This document shows, piece after piece, positions 9,972-21,142 of a DNA stretch of 24,607 nt. Below the pieces are notes generated by a model, which had not been told where the DNA came from, ran no database searches, and was given only the letters and a program-made list of their open reading frames with translations. Both the position numbers and the translations under genes were made by a program. Positions within the stretch are counted from its first letter, which is position 1. The number at the start of each line of letters is the position of its first letter. The DNA is taken from NCBI GenBank assembly GCA_040437565.1, contig JBDOQK010000061.1, forward strand, positions 186,001 through 210,607, given 5' to 3'. This DNA comes from Albugo candida. Its lineage: Eukaryota.

Positions 9972-10456
9972 GGGAACCATCAAAAATCCCATCAGTGCTT
10001 TCGGTAAAATCCCCTCAATTGGGTATGATAAGCTCATCTTATGCTTGCATGGTGCTAACGTACGCCTAGGTAAGGGACAATATGATAGCTCTGTCTGCTA
10101 CTTTTCGGAGTGAACTATTTTGCGCTCAATTTTGCAATCGCTCAGTTCAGTTAGCGTTCGCGTTTGTGCGTGTAGCTCATTGTTGTTAGACTATTTTGCA
10201 GATCACGGTTTGTTGATAACACAAAAATATTCTTTCTGTAAACTGCGACCTAGTATTTCACTGTGTACGGGTCATTCATGACCCAAGAACCTTATCTTCT
10301 ATGAACTTGGTACTTCAAGATGGTTTCCGGGTGATAATGATAGCCTCTTTCGCAGTCGATAATGTTGAATTCTCAGTCTCGGAAAGTAGCCAATCCTGTC
10401 GAGACGTCTCGAACAGCAACCAAAAATATCAAACTGAGGGGATTTTAACGGTTTCC
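9972..10456. mobile_element. Small non-autonomous TIR element (485 bp, MITE-like)
   Basis: Left GGGAACCATCAAAAATCCCATCAGT with a second copy GGTAAAATCCCCTCAATT; right ACTGAGGGGATTTTAACGGTTTCC. Near-perfect 8-bp TSD AAAATATA (9964-9971) / AAAATCTA (10457-10464). Confidence 0.7.
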
Positions 10457-10571
10457 AAAATCTATTGTGAATGAAAACAGTATACCAGAACGTTGAAAAC
10501 TAACATAAATACCAATGATGTGTTCTATCAGTACCGGTGGAAAGGTTGCGCCTTTCTACACCAGCGATAAA

Positions 10572-12137
10572 ATGCGACAAACAGCAAGAACGAAATCAGA
10601 GCTACTTCGAGGAAAGAAGTTCTTCTGATAAAATTTAAGCGATGATTGATTTCAAAACTGATTGCAACCGTATATTTCGTGTGGTGGCAAGTGATAAACG
10701 GGGTTATAAAGCAGTGCGCACACGACATGGCTGTTTCTTCGTTATGCACTTTGTTTTTTTTTTGCAAAGATCAAGCCCTTCAACCGAATTTTCTTTGCTC
10801 TCCTTCCAGACATTCGAATCGTAAAAGGTGTTTCGTAGATATGCAGCCAAGAAATAAATGGCTGTAAATCCTGCAATCAGAGATATGATCATGAACTCCG
10901 GCGTGAATTGACTACCGTCATGATCCAAAGAAGTTGAAAAACGGACGTATATCCGCCACCCATATAAAGTGTCCACGCAGTTAAAATGTTGCAGCAAGAC
11001 ATCTTCATTCCATCCTACATGGCGGAACGAATGACGGAGCCAATCTTGATATATCAGGTAACGAACATATGCTGCTAAGTATAATTTTTCGAGAAGGCTT
11101 GAACGCATATAAGCCGTACAGCGAGCGTGGAGAGTCAGTATATGACATATTTGTGAAGACGTCAGTCGGTTCGATCTCGCATCGGTGGAGAATACAAATA
11201 ACTGGAGCTGGTTCTTAAAGTTCCTATTCTTCCACCCAGCCAATTCCAGCATTAGTAATGTCGGATAGAGACAAGGAACTCATGTAGGCAATCCAGAGAA
11301 CGGCGCCAGACACCGCACACTTTTTTGCTGTGTCGGTATTAGATGGAGAATTTCAATAAGAAATACAAGTCGTATATTTCGGCGTGGATATCTGGTCGCT
11401 CACGGGCAATAACGCTAGTTTTTACAGAAGTTCGAAGTGTGACTCCAGAAGGCTGGCCGTGAGATTTGATTTATATCTTACTACTATCGTCAGAGAAAAC
11501 ACTTTGACATCAAGCGACGCGGAAGCGGTAAACTGAGTGTTGAATGGAATCCGGAGTCTTTTATCATCGTCTGCCTCATGATAATGGAACGTTACATATC
11601 CTGCAAGAGCGCTGAAAAAAATTTAAAAGTGATAGGGTGGGTACTACGAATTCCATATGCATCACTCAGTGTGGATAGAATAATAGCTGCTACGAAGTGG
11701 GGCAAAATTGATGAATGCTCGATATGTTGATACATCTTCACAATCCGCTCAAAGGTCGTGTTATTCCGGGGAAGGTTGCAATACAATTACGTGATAAAGT
11801 TCTACGATGGTTATGTGGTTATCTGCCTGGAAGATGCTATCTCGCCTTAGATTCAAGAAATTATAGCACTAAAGCTTTGGAAAAAAGTGAGATTTGCAGC
11901 CGTTTTTTTTTCTTAAATGAGATCTGAAGAGAAGATAATGCAACTTATGCTAAAAGATGTACGTACAAGTTTTGTGCGAAACGCTTCATCTGTTCAAAAA
12001 AAAACAGGAACCCGAAGAAGAGGTCGATTCCATCGCCGCAAGTAACTGAGAAAATGGAAAAGTGCCAAACGAGAAGATGTGGAATGTGCAACCATTTTGA
12101 CCACAACCGTAGGACCTGTCCTTCTCCCATTGCTTGA
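10572..12137 (+). pseudogene. Decayed MuDR-type MULE transposase (family B, copy 2)
   Basis: Relic motifs: RIFRVVASDKRGYKAV, ENTNNWSWFLKFL, ALVMSDRDKEL (D), TLTSSDAEAVN (E), RWLCGY (SWIM), and C-terminal knuckle RRCGMCNHFDHNRRTCP*. Collinear nucleotide similarity with 18008-20175; many frameshifts. Confidence 0.88.
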
Positions 12138-12289
12138 CAATGAAGAGTTGACGTAAAAAAGCTTCGATGGTGCTACAGCAATGAGAACATTAACTTCGTA
12201 ACGGAGCGGAAGTTGGATGATAGAGATTATAGTAGACGCTCAGCTTCTTTATCTGCTCCCAGGATACCTTTCCTTGAACGCTGAAAAGC

Positions 12290-12510
12290 ATTGCGTGGAT
12301 GTCACCGATAAAGTCATAGAAGCTCACAAGAATAATTATTAGGAAAAGCCCAAGGCGACAACGACGATAATAGTCTTAAATGTGACTAGACTGAGATCGA
12401 AGATATATCATCTGGGAGATAGGTTGGCTCAAATATCGTATTTAGTGTGGACCCAAACTTGAGTGGAAAGTTTACACGCTACAAAGCTAGCCCGAGGCTA
12501 TTGGCGCATT
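12290..12510 (+). mobile_element. Ty1/Copia reverse-transcriptase N-terminal fragment
   Basis: Translation KCD*TEIEDISSGR*VGSNIVFSVDPNLSGKFTRYKAS matches the RVT_2 start 'N.TW.LV..P.GR..IG.KWVF..K....G.V.RYKARL'. Confidence 0.6.
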
Positions 12511-12559
12511 CCAAAGAAGCCTCTGGATTCACGTTTATATGCACCGGATCGCTAAAAGG

Positions 12560-13450
12560 TCTCATTCACAGCATCAGAAATAAGTTTGGAAGTTTTCATG
12601 AATAATTCTCTCAAAAGTTTGTTAGGAAGCGTGGGCGCTCTTCTCGTACCACCCTCAGCTTTTGATCTTTTTCCGACTTTTCTTGCTTAAAAATGGCATG
12701 TACAAAATCAGAGATATGAGGTTTTCAGCTTGGAAGAATGGCTTTTGGGAATGAACAGCACTCGTTGCTTACTTGGCTTCTTACTGTGAAAATCATCTAT
12801 CGGCTTCGAAAGAACTGAATGAGCAGTTAGATTATTGCAAAATTAGAATCGCGTCAAAAAGTAGGTTTTGACGGAATAGCATGAAAAATTTCAATGCCGT
12901 GCGGATAAAACATATCGAAGTCACCTACATATCCATTGCTGAAGCTGTGCTTGTATTATGGAAGCTCAGGTAAATACGAAGTGCCATACCATGACTTTAC
13001 ACTGTGCAGATTGTATCATATGCGATTCTTGATAATTTTATACTCGAGCAGCGGGTGATACACCCGAATTTAGTTAAAGAGGGAGTCTATGCGTTCCAAA
13101 AGCTTTTTACGAAATCACCGAGCTGTCTCTAACCTTGTGGAATGTTTATAATTCTGATAGCTCATCTCGGTCTTCAAAGAACAAGCCGATCATGTGTGAA
13201 GTTCATAGGAAAAACCACCTGAGTTTAGTTGCAATCAATCAGGGATTTAAGCTGCTCCAAACTTCGCCATAAAAAGGATGAGCAACGGTTGATATCGCTT
13301 TTCCCTTCCCGATCGAGCATTCAAAGTCTTCCTTATATAAAATCCACATTTCATTCACTTGGAAAAACATCACGAAATGGCCCTGAGAGTTCTCGAGAGC
13401 CTCGGCATGGATCAAACACTATTTTAGAGCGAGAACAACTCTAGAAATCC
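12560..13450 (-). pseudogene. Possible highly decayed MULE transposase relic
   Basis: Minus-strand fragments RLLIL.., LKTEMSY and GDFVKSFWNA (~13090-13120) resemble the 'K....Y' and 'DFE.al.nA' motifs in the expected order. Weak. Confidence 0.3.
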
Positions 13451-15149
13451 AGCCTTGCTAAGTCACCCAGAATACTCTAGGGAAGTTTCAGTAGCGGAAT
13501 TGTGGCAAATCTCTCTCTCTACATATGTATAAATGAACGATAAAAGGCTTTCTTCGTGGCTGTCTTGTCCATTCTAGAAATCAAGAAGCAGCATGTATCA
13601 CTATATTAGTAGCAGTAGTATCTCTAAAGTCTGGTTCAGTTTGATTTTAGGCACAATGTTTTCGCTGGCATTTATTTACACTTCAATTACACCGATGAAA
13701 ACATGTGGGACCAAAGATACCCCTCTACTAGATTCATTACCCGGCTCAATTGACCTTCTACTTCTGCACTATTTTTTTGGCTGATCGCTGTCGATGTAGA
13801 TCATTATTTCTAACACAGATGAGAAAATAGATTAACAGTGCCTGAAAAGTCCTTCTTCGAATCGGCGCATGTATTCGTGGACACCCTATCCACAAGTAGA
13901 AATTGTCACAAATCGTACAGGTAAAAACTTACAAGAGATTTTAGTGCAGATGATGGAATTGACGATAAAACTCTCTGTTCTCATTACTTAAATCTACGAT
14001 CATCTAATGACTTTCTCTTTACCCCATGTACAAGTATGCTAGCAGTATTCATGAAGACGAAACAAAGACCTCAATCGTAATGTCGAAAAAAGACATACTT
14101 TTGTAGCCAGTGCATCTTTCAAATAAAGGTGAGTGATGTGTATACCCCTTCGTTTGTCAGCTAAATTATTTCAAGTTTATCAAGTTCAAGAGCCATTGAT
14201 CATGGCTCACGGACTCTCATAATTACTACCTCAGTGTCAGATTCATTCCATGACGCTCTCAAAACCAAAGTCAAACGTAATGCTGATCCCCTATTTTGTT
14301 TCACCCTTGTAGCAAACATAAACTAAATGATGGTACTATGAGTACTTGCTAGAAAATGTGTTTTCACGCAACTACCGTGAAAAGAGATTGCATCACCATC
14401 TCTTCTAGACTTATGGCGACCTGACAGATCACTACATGCTAAGAACGAGGTGTGTGTCCATTTTTCCGTAGCCCGCTCGATGTTTCCTGTATAAATTCAG
14501 TAAGAAAAGTCAATTGATTGTCGTTGTAACGAATAAATGATTGGCAGAACCATAGCATAAAACTATTAACAAAACAAAGAAATACGAGTCAAAAAGCACG
14601 CAAATACGAGTATTTTGCTCAACGTTATCAAGCGGGTTTTTCATATAGCTACCCAGTACTCGTCATGAATATGTGTAGCATACTGATTCTCTGTCGTAAA
14701 CAGCGCACTACAAGTTGACCCGCCAGATTGTGCAAAGGAATTAAACTCATTCGCACTAACTCGATGTAAAAGCAACCTGTTACCTCGACCATATCCATTT
14801 AACCCCTCTCCTATTGATCTACAACACCTTCGGGAGCTTTTGCATTTCAGAAATTTTCATTTTGAAATTGAGTTTCTCACCGAGATCTGTCGGTCTTATG
14901 TCGTATGAAGGATATTTACGAAATTTGCGCTGTATTAAGTATAGGCTTTGAAGGAATTTGAAAAAAGTAAATACAAACACGTGTCCTGATCCGAATCAAG
15001 AGTATGTTCCCATGGGTGAATATAGACACGAATTCAAGTCCTTTGCTTTATTACACTTGCAAACTTAATGTGAAGTGTATCTCTCGGAATGGAGGCAATG
15101 TAAGTTGTAGAGCACAAGTGGTTTTGCTGAAAACAGCACAGAGAACTTC

Positions 15150-15655
15150 AAATAAACATAGTTTACAGATATGTGCAACCCGATAGTTCAATTCTGTCGA
15201 AACGGCAGGTTTGAAAACGAGTGTGGTTGACGGTGAAGGCTATAATTTACTCCCCTTGTCAGAATAAGATAACAGATTCAAAGTTGTTGACGTGTATTAC
15301 ATTTCCCGGACACATTGTCTAATAAGGCTAATGTGCGTTTAATAACTGAGACATGCTAGCAGCCTCAGAAATAATCGAACATCATTCATGGCATCAGATT
15401 TTGAATTGGCTAAGCGTCAGGGTCACATTTAGATATACACCTTCTCTGCCTCATCGCCTGTCGGTACAATTATTTCGTTGCGAAGAATGGAAATCAAGCG
15501 TGGGATATAAATATTTGCTTTCACCACCCCCCTATCAGGAGCGTTACGCTTCCCCAACGTCACCACTTCATGAAAATGTTTGCCCGTCATCAATTTAGAT
15601 ACGGACAATTTCATCGTCAGTAATGAAACCAAAGACCGTAACTCTCGTTTTTAAA
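15150..15655 (-). pseudogene. Degenerate pogo/Tigger-like (Tc1/mariner, DDE_1) transposase fragment
   Basis: Minus-strand motifs in correct order: KTRVTVFGFITDDE (K.R.Tv....adG), NSKSDAMN (ns.aWm), KRTLALLDNVSG (lLLDN.sgH), SPSTTLVFKP (PpntTs.lQP). Confidence 0.5.
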
Positions 15656-15691
15656 AGCTTTACGAGATGTATGTATCTTTAATTTTTTTTA

Positions 15692-15873
15692 GGGTATTGA
15701 TATCCTCATAACTAGAATTGATATTCCCATAACGCTTTTCTTGAAATAGAATTTTATCATAAATTCAATTACATCATGCCTACTTCAATCATTCCTCCCA
15801 CAACTTCTTATAAATTTAATCGGAGTATCGATATTTATACAGCTAAAATTGATAACCTCACAACTTTTTTTAA
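15692..15873 (+). repeat. Left TIR/subterminal region (GGGTATTGATATCC family), probable 5' end of the family-B MULE
   Basis: GGGTATTGATATCC...ATTACATCATGCCTACTT...CACAACTT matches the units at 20327-20540 and is inverted relative to 21040-21112. With the nested element removed it lies ~260 bp upstream of the ATG at 18008. Confidence 0.7.
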
Positions 15874-17925
15874 GGGAGCGCATATAATCACACACCCATT
15901 AGAAGTATTCTCATTCTCACATCCCTTTAACTATTCGCACCCGCCCCCCCCCCCCCNNNNNNNNNNNNNNNNNNNNNNNNNNNNNNNNNNNNNNNNNNNN
16001 NNNNNNNNNNNNNNNNNNNNNNNNNNNNNNNNNNNNNNNNNNNNNNNNNNNNNNNNGCCGATAAAATCATTCCGTATCAATTCTAACAATCACGTAATTA
16101 ATATAATATAAAACCAATACAATCATTCCGTCGTATCAATTCTACCACTCGTAATAATATTATAATATTCATTGATTTCAATTCTTCAACGACGTTCACT
16201 AACATCCACCGCGTATCCACCACAATGCAAAATCTATTAAACGCGTCCTATTCCTGCCTCGAAGTCACGGATAGTGATGTCAATAGCTTTGCTAAACTCT
16301 AAGGGTACGCTGTGACTCGCGCTCGCTCAAAGAAAAGCAAAACGGACGAAATGCGAAAGTTTTGGCTGGGATGCGTGCAGCGGCAACGCTAAGGGAAATC
16401 GGGAAGCGACCTACGAAACACTTCGACGATCAAAACCGGTTGTACAGGGCAGGCTGCTATTTAACGGGTCCAGGATCCAGAACGCCCAGATTTACGTTAA
16501 GAATGGGACCTTGTGGTTACAAACGGCGAACATCATGGACATAATACCGCTACTGATGCCTCGGCCTACACGAGAAACAGAGCGCTTGATTTCGAGCGGG
16601 AAAAGTTGGTTGCAAATATGACCAAAGCAGGCGCATCTCTACACGTAGTTCTTGCAACCCTCTGCCATAATGATCCAGGCTGTCTGGCTGTTAGGTAGGA
16701 TATACAATACAGCAATAATGTGCAGGCCAATCGCAAAGCACACACTTTCAAAATAGACGAATCATATAGTGAGTCTTAGAAGCTGTGGCTATCACTGTGC
16801 AATTCCACTGACGAAGAGATCGTCGAGGACCGCTGGAGAAACATTAGGGAAAGAGTGTCGCCTCTTGTGGTACGATATCCCGGTACACGTGGCTCCAACC
16901 GCACAGACAACAGTTTGTGAATGCGTGGATTAATAAAGTTGATCATTTTGGTCATGCTGTTAATTCCAGAGTCGAAGGTAGTCCTGTATTTAAAGAAACA
17001 ATGGATTGCGGTATCCACAGCCAATCTCCACGGTATTTGCGGTAAACAATTTACTTGCTGGGGAGGTATAAAGAATTGAGATTAGCCGGGAAATAAGTGT
17101 GGAGGAGATGTTGAGGGTGCCAATACGCTTGCAGGCAGACCTCTTGTCTGTAGTTGTTCGCGAAATCTCGTCATTTGTTCTGTTCAAGGTAATCAATTCG
17201 AATCAAGTAAGAGAAATCCTTTCCTTTGTTTTTCTTCGTGCTGAATGTTTGGTATTTTAAGTGCACGGAAAAAACAGCTTGCCATACAACCTGGTCCCCG
17301 GACTTTTTGTTCTGGAGCCTTTTGCCAAGTCAATGGAACTACCCTGCGAACATAAGTTGCGGGCGATGATCGAAAAACAACTTCGCTAGCGGTTTCTGAC
17401 TTTAACCGCCACTAGTGGTTGCGGCAGCCACTTCATTAAGCTCCTGCTCCCATGGGACACGTGTTCAAAACGACAATCGAATCAATTGTGCGTCGTCATG
17501 CAGAAATGGATCCGCACCAGAAAAGGCAGCTGCGGACATCATTGGTGGGATTGAATGCTACGGAAAATATCGAAGCTGACGAACCAAATGACGATCGTAC
17601 ACACGGTCGTCCCACTTCACGATCGCAGCGATCAACGCGCCGGAACCCATCCCTTTTTGAGGATGTTATGGCATCAAAGCAACCAAGGCGGAAGAGCAAG
17701 AACTACAAACAGGAATGGCATAATAAGCGAACCTGCCCAAACTCTCGTCGAACATCTACTGAGTAGAGAGCTATGCCTCTGAAATTGAGAGCTATTGACA
17801 ATACTCTCCGCGACTATTATAATTACGTGATTGGTGTAATTGATATGGAATGATTTTATTGGCTCCTGAATTGGGGGGAGGGGGGGTTGAAAATAGTTTA
17901 AGGGTGTGTGATTATATGCGCTCCC
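15874..17925 (+). mobile_element. Internally deleted FAR1-type MULE (family C) with intact termini, nested in another MULE's TIR
   Basis: Perfect 24-bp terminal IR GGGAGCGCATATAATCACACACCC, extending imperfectly ~110 bp, and perfect 8-bp TSD TTTTTTAA (15866-15873 / 17926-17933). Transposase relic 16225-17766: FAKL*GYAVTRARSKK, TSTIKTGC, VTNGEHHGHN, HFGHAVNSRVEG (E), LPCEH, GRP..STRRNPSLFE, HNKRTCP. The two aspartate motifs are missing. Confidence 0.92.
15957..16056. other. Assembly gap (100 N) after a poly-C tract
   Basis: Run of N seen directly. Confidence 1.
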
Positions 17926-18007
17926 TTTTTTAAGGAATTATAAAGTGAAGATACCAAGGTTGTATACTATACGTACGGATATCATATTGCACATTTTAAT
18001 ACTAGCA

Positions 18008-20175
18008 ATGGAAAGTGACGACGAGGAACAGCAAACTAATAGCAGCTTCTTCGACAACAGGATTTATGCCAATGAAGAGGATTTCATTCAAGCAGTAATT
18101 GAGTGCAACCGAAAGTTGAGCGTTCGTTTCGTGTGGTGTCAAGCGACATACGGCGTTACAGAGCAGTTGGCGCACAACATGGCTTTTTCTTCGTTGTACA
18201 GTTTACCTTTTCGCAGACATTCAGCCCTCCAGCAAAGTTTCTTTTGCACACCTGTCAAGTATCCGAATCGTCAAATGTGTCTCATAGATATACAAATGCG
18301 AAACAAATTGCTTTAAATCATGCAGATAAATGGCCATAGTCTCCGGTAGGAAAGCGACTCCCGTGATGATAGAAATGAAGTCCCGCCACTATATGAACTG
18401 TTCTCACGCACTCAAAGATTTAAAACTTGGGCTATACAGAAGTGATATTGAGGAATACAGCCTTATTCCAACCTACATGGCTGTGCTTAACAGTCGAGGC
18501 CACGAAGCCAAGCTTGAAATCGTAGATATTGAATTTATGCGGCTGAGTATCACTTTTCGGGAAGGGTTTCAACAATATAAGTCATACAGCACACGTAGGA
18601 TATCCGTGAACGGCTCAATTATAAACACATAAATCGCTGGGATTCTCCTTGTAGCATGCTTTTGAATGGAGCAACGATATCCAAATTAACGGAGTTGAGC
18701 TCGTGTCGTTGGAGAATGAAGGTAAATGGAGCTGGTTTTTGGAATTCCCACTCTCTACCTCAAGCCATCTCCAGCATTCGTGATATCGGATAGAGACAAG
18801 GGACTTATGAAAGCTATGCATACATCGGCACCAGACGTCCCACATTTTTCTGCTCCCGACTTTTGATGGAATTTTTTTACAAGAAATACGAGTCCAAGTT
18901 ATTGAAGATTTTGGCATGAATATTAGATCGCTCACGAATAACGGTGGATTACGAGAAGGCGAATGCAAACATCGCAAATTTGAACATCAGTGCGCTGGTC
19001 TGGCTTCAAGATTTTGAGCGTGAGAATTGAACAATAGCTTACTCACCATGTCCAAGATACAACACTTTGACATTAAACAATGGGGAGGCGGTAAACAGCG
19101 TGTTGATGGCTTCGGATTATCGACTGCTCGATGGAGATCGAACGTCACATGACGTGCAAGTAGGCTGAAAATATCAGCAAAGTGAAACGCTAGAGAGTAC
19201 TAACTCCATATGCATCACGAAAGTTTGATAAAACAATGGCCGCTACGAGGCAAGGTGAAACTGATGAATGCTCGACCTGTTGCTTCATCGTCGCAATGCG
19301 CTCAGGGGTGGGGAGTATTCCGGTGAGATTTTCAGTTCAATTCCGCGATAAAGTTGTACGATGGTCTTGTGGGTACTCAAAAGAAGTTGGATCACCCTTG
19401 CATTCGTCCATTACTAGCTTTAAAGCATACCAGAAAATTTCCCAACATGGTCACGTATTTCCAAGAACCCTGGAAATCATCGATGTTTTTGGTCACCTAT
19501 CCTAAGAGTTTTGACGATAACATAATGCCAATCGTTTTGAAAAATGTCCTCAGAAGAGGTGTGTGCAACGCTGCATCCATATTTTTGAGCAAAAAAGGGC
19601 GCTCAAAGAAGAAGCGGGTTCCATCGCAACAAGCTACTAAGAAAATGAAAGAGCGCCAAANNNNNNNNNNNNNNNNNNNNNNNNNNNNNNNNNNNNNNNN
19701 NNNNNNNNNNNNNNNNNNNNNNNNNNNNNNNNNNNNNNNNNNNNNNNNNNNNNNNNNNNNGTCGCAATGCGCTCAGGGGTGGGGAGTATTCCGGTGAGAT
19801 TTTCAGTTCAATTCCGCGATAAAGTTGTACGATGGTCTTGTGGGTACTCAAAAGAAGTTGGATCACCCTTGCATTCGTCCATTACTAGCTTTAAAGCATA
19901 CCAGAAAATTTCCCAACATGGTCACGTATTTCCAAGAACCCTGGAAATCATCGATGTTTTTGGTCACCTATCCTAAGAGTTTTGACGATAACATAATGCC
20001 AATCGTTTTGAAAAATGTCCTCAGAAGAGGTGTGTGCAACGCTGCATCCATATTTTTGAGCAAAAAAGGGCGCTCAAAGAAGAAGCGGGTTCCATCGCAA
20101 CAAGCTACTAAGAAAATGAAAGAGCGCCAAACGAGAAGATATGGGGTTGTGCAACCATTTCGGCTAGAATCGTGA
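18008..20175 (+). pseudogene. Near full-length but frameshifted MuDR-type MULE transposase (family B, copy 1)
   Basis: MESDDEE...FIQAVIECN/ERSFRVVSSDIRRY (MuDR-type N-terminus), RISVNGS (first D mutated to N), ENEGKWSWFLE, ISDRDKGL (D), TLTLNNGEAVNSVL (E), WSCGY..PCI (SWIM), KKGRSKKKRVPS and a decayed knuckle. Multiple stops and frameshifts. Confidence 0.9.
19290..20131 (+). repeat. Identical 371-bp direct duplication (19290-19660 = 19761-20131) flanking a 100-N gap (19661-19760); likely assembly artefact
   Basis: Both copies read identically and abut the gap exactly; the ORF track shows duplicated peptides. Confidence 0.9.
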
Positions 20176-20326
20176 GATCTGTGCGAAAAGGCACGCATAA
20201 TTGTATGTCACATTCTCCTTAACACATAGTGCTATATTGATCAGAGGTTTTCCATCCAAAAGACTGGGTTTTCCTCGCTTTATCCATATGAAAAGTATAC
20301 AGCCTTGGCCTGTTCATTTTATTTTA

Positions 20327-21112
20327 GGGTAATGCTATCCCGACCACTTTTTTTTAATTACATTCTTATTAATCATTTTAGATTACATCATGCCTACTTA
20401 AATTATTACTCCCATAACTTTTTTGGAACAATAATTAATGGTATTGATATCCCGACAACTTTTTTTTTAATTTATTTATTGGCAATTCAGATTACGTCAT
20501 GCCTACTTAGATTATTACTCTTACAATTTTTTTTAAAGTAACTAAGTTTACATATTCAACTAATAGGATTCATTTACGTCTAATGCCAAATCTAGTAGAT
20601 ACAGACACCTGCAACTGAGCTAAACACTCATCAGTAATAGACGATGCATTGCCAGTTTGTTAAGGTATGATGCGTCGTAAAGATGCAAAAGTTATTATAC
20701 ACTAACGGCCGAAAATAAAATGTGTTTAGAAAAAATTCTGTGTAGGGAAAATATTCAATTTTTTACAAAAGCTTGTTCTGAATCTAACCTTGTAACGGAA
20801 TTCCGCAAGACCGCTTGTTATGGCCGACTCCCCGCAGTTGCTGCACCTGCATTTCCCTGTGTCCGATGCTCAAATGCTATGTGTCAAAATTGTCACATGC
20901 AACGGCCTATCATAGTTGTAACATTCTAGGTATTAGCCAATCACAAATAATCTCGATTGAAGCTGTTGGAGCAACAACTTAGGGTGTGTATGGATGTAAT
21001 TAGTTAAAAATGTAATATCATTCATGTATTTTGCAAAAAAGAAAAAGTTGTGAGATTAATAATTTAACTAGGCATGTTGTAATTTAAAAAAGTTGTCGGG
21101 ATATCAATACCC
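20327..21112 (-). mobile_element. Non-autonomous MULE deletion derivative (786 bp) of the GGGTATTGATATCC TIR family
   Basis: Termini GGGTAATGCTATCCCGACCAC / GTTGTCGGGATATCAATACCC with perfect 8-bp TSD TTATTTTA (20319-20326 / 21113-21120). Two tandem ~112-bp subterminal units at 20327-20540. Minus-strand CCHC knuckle remnant KCRCSNCGE-GHNKRSC at ~20805-20851. Confidence 0.82.
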
Positions 21113-21142
21113 TTATTTTATTACTATCTTGGTATATTTTTT

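Noticed and set aside
10704-11252. 182-aa minus-strand ORF as a gene
   Set aside because: It is antisense to the family-B transposase relic and has no recognisable features of its own.
15776-16111. ORF with poly-Pro and X run (also 19354-19797 and 19603-19866)
   Set aside because: These are artefacts of reading through the poly-C tract and N gaps.
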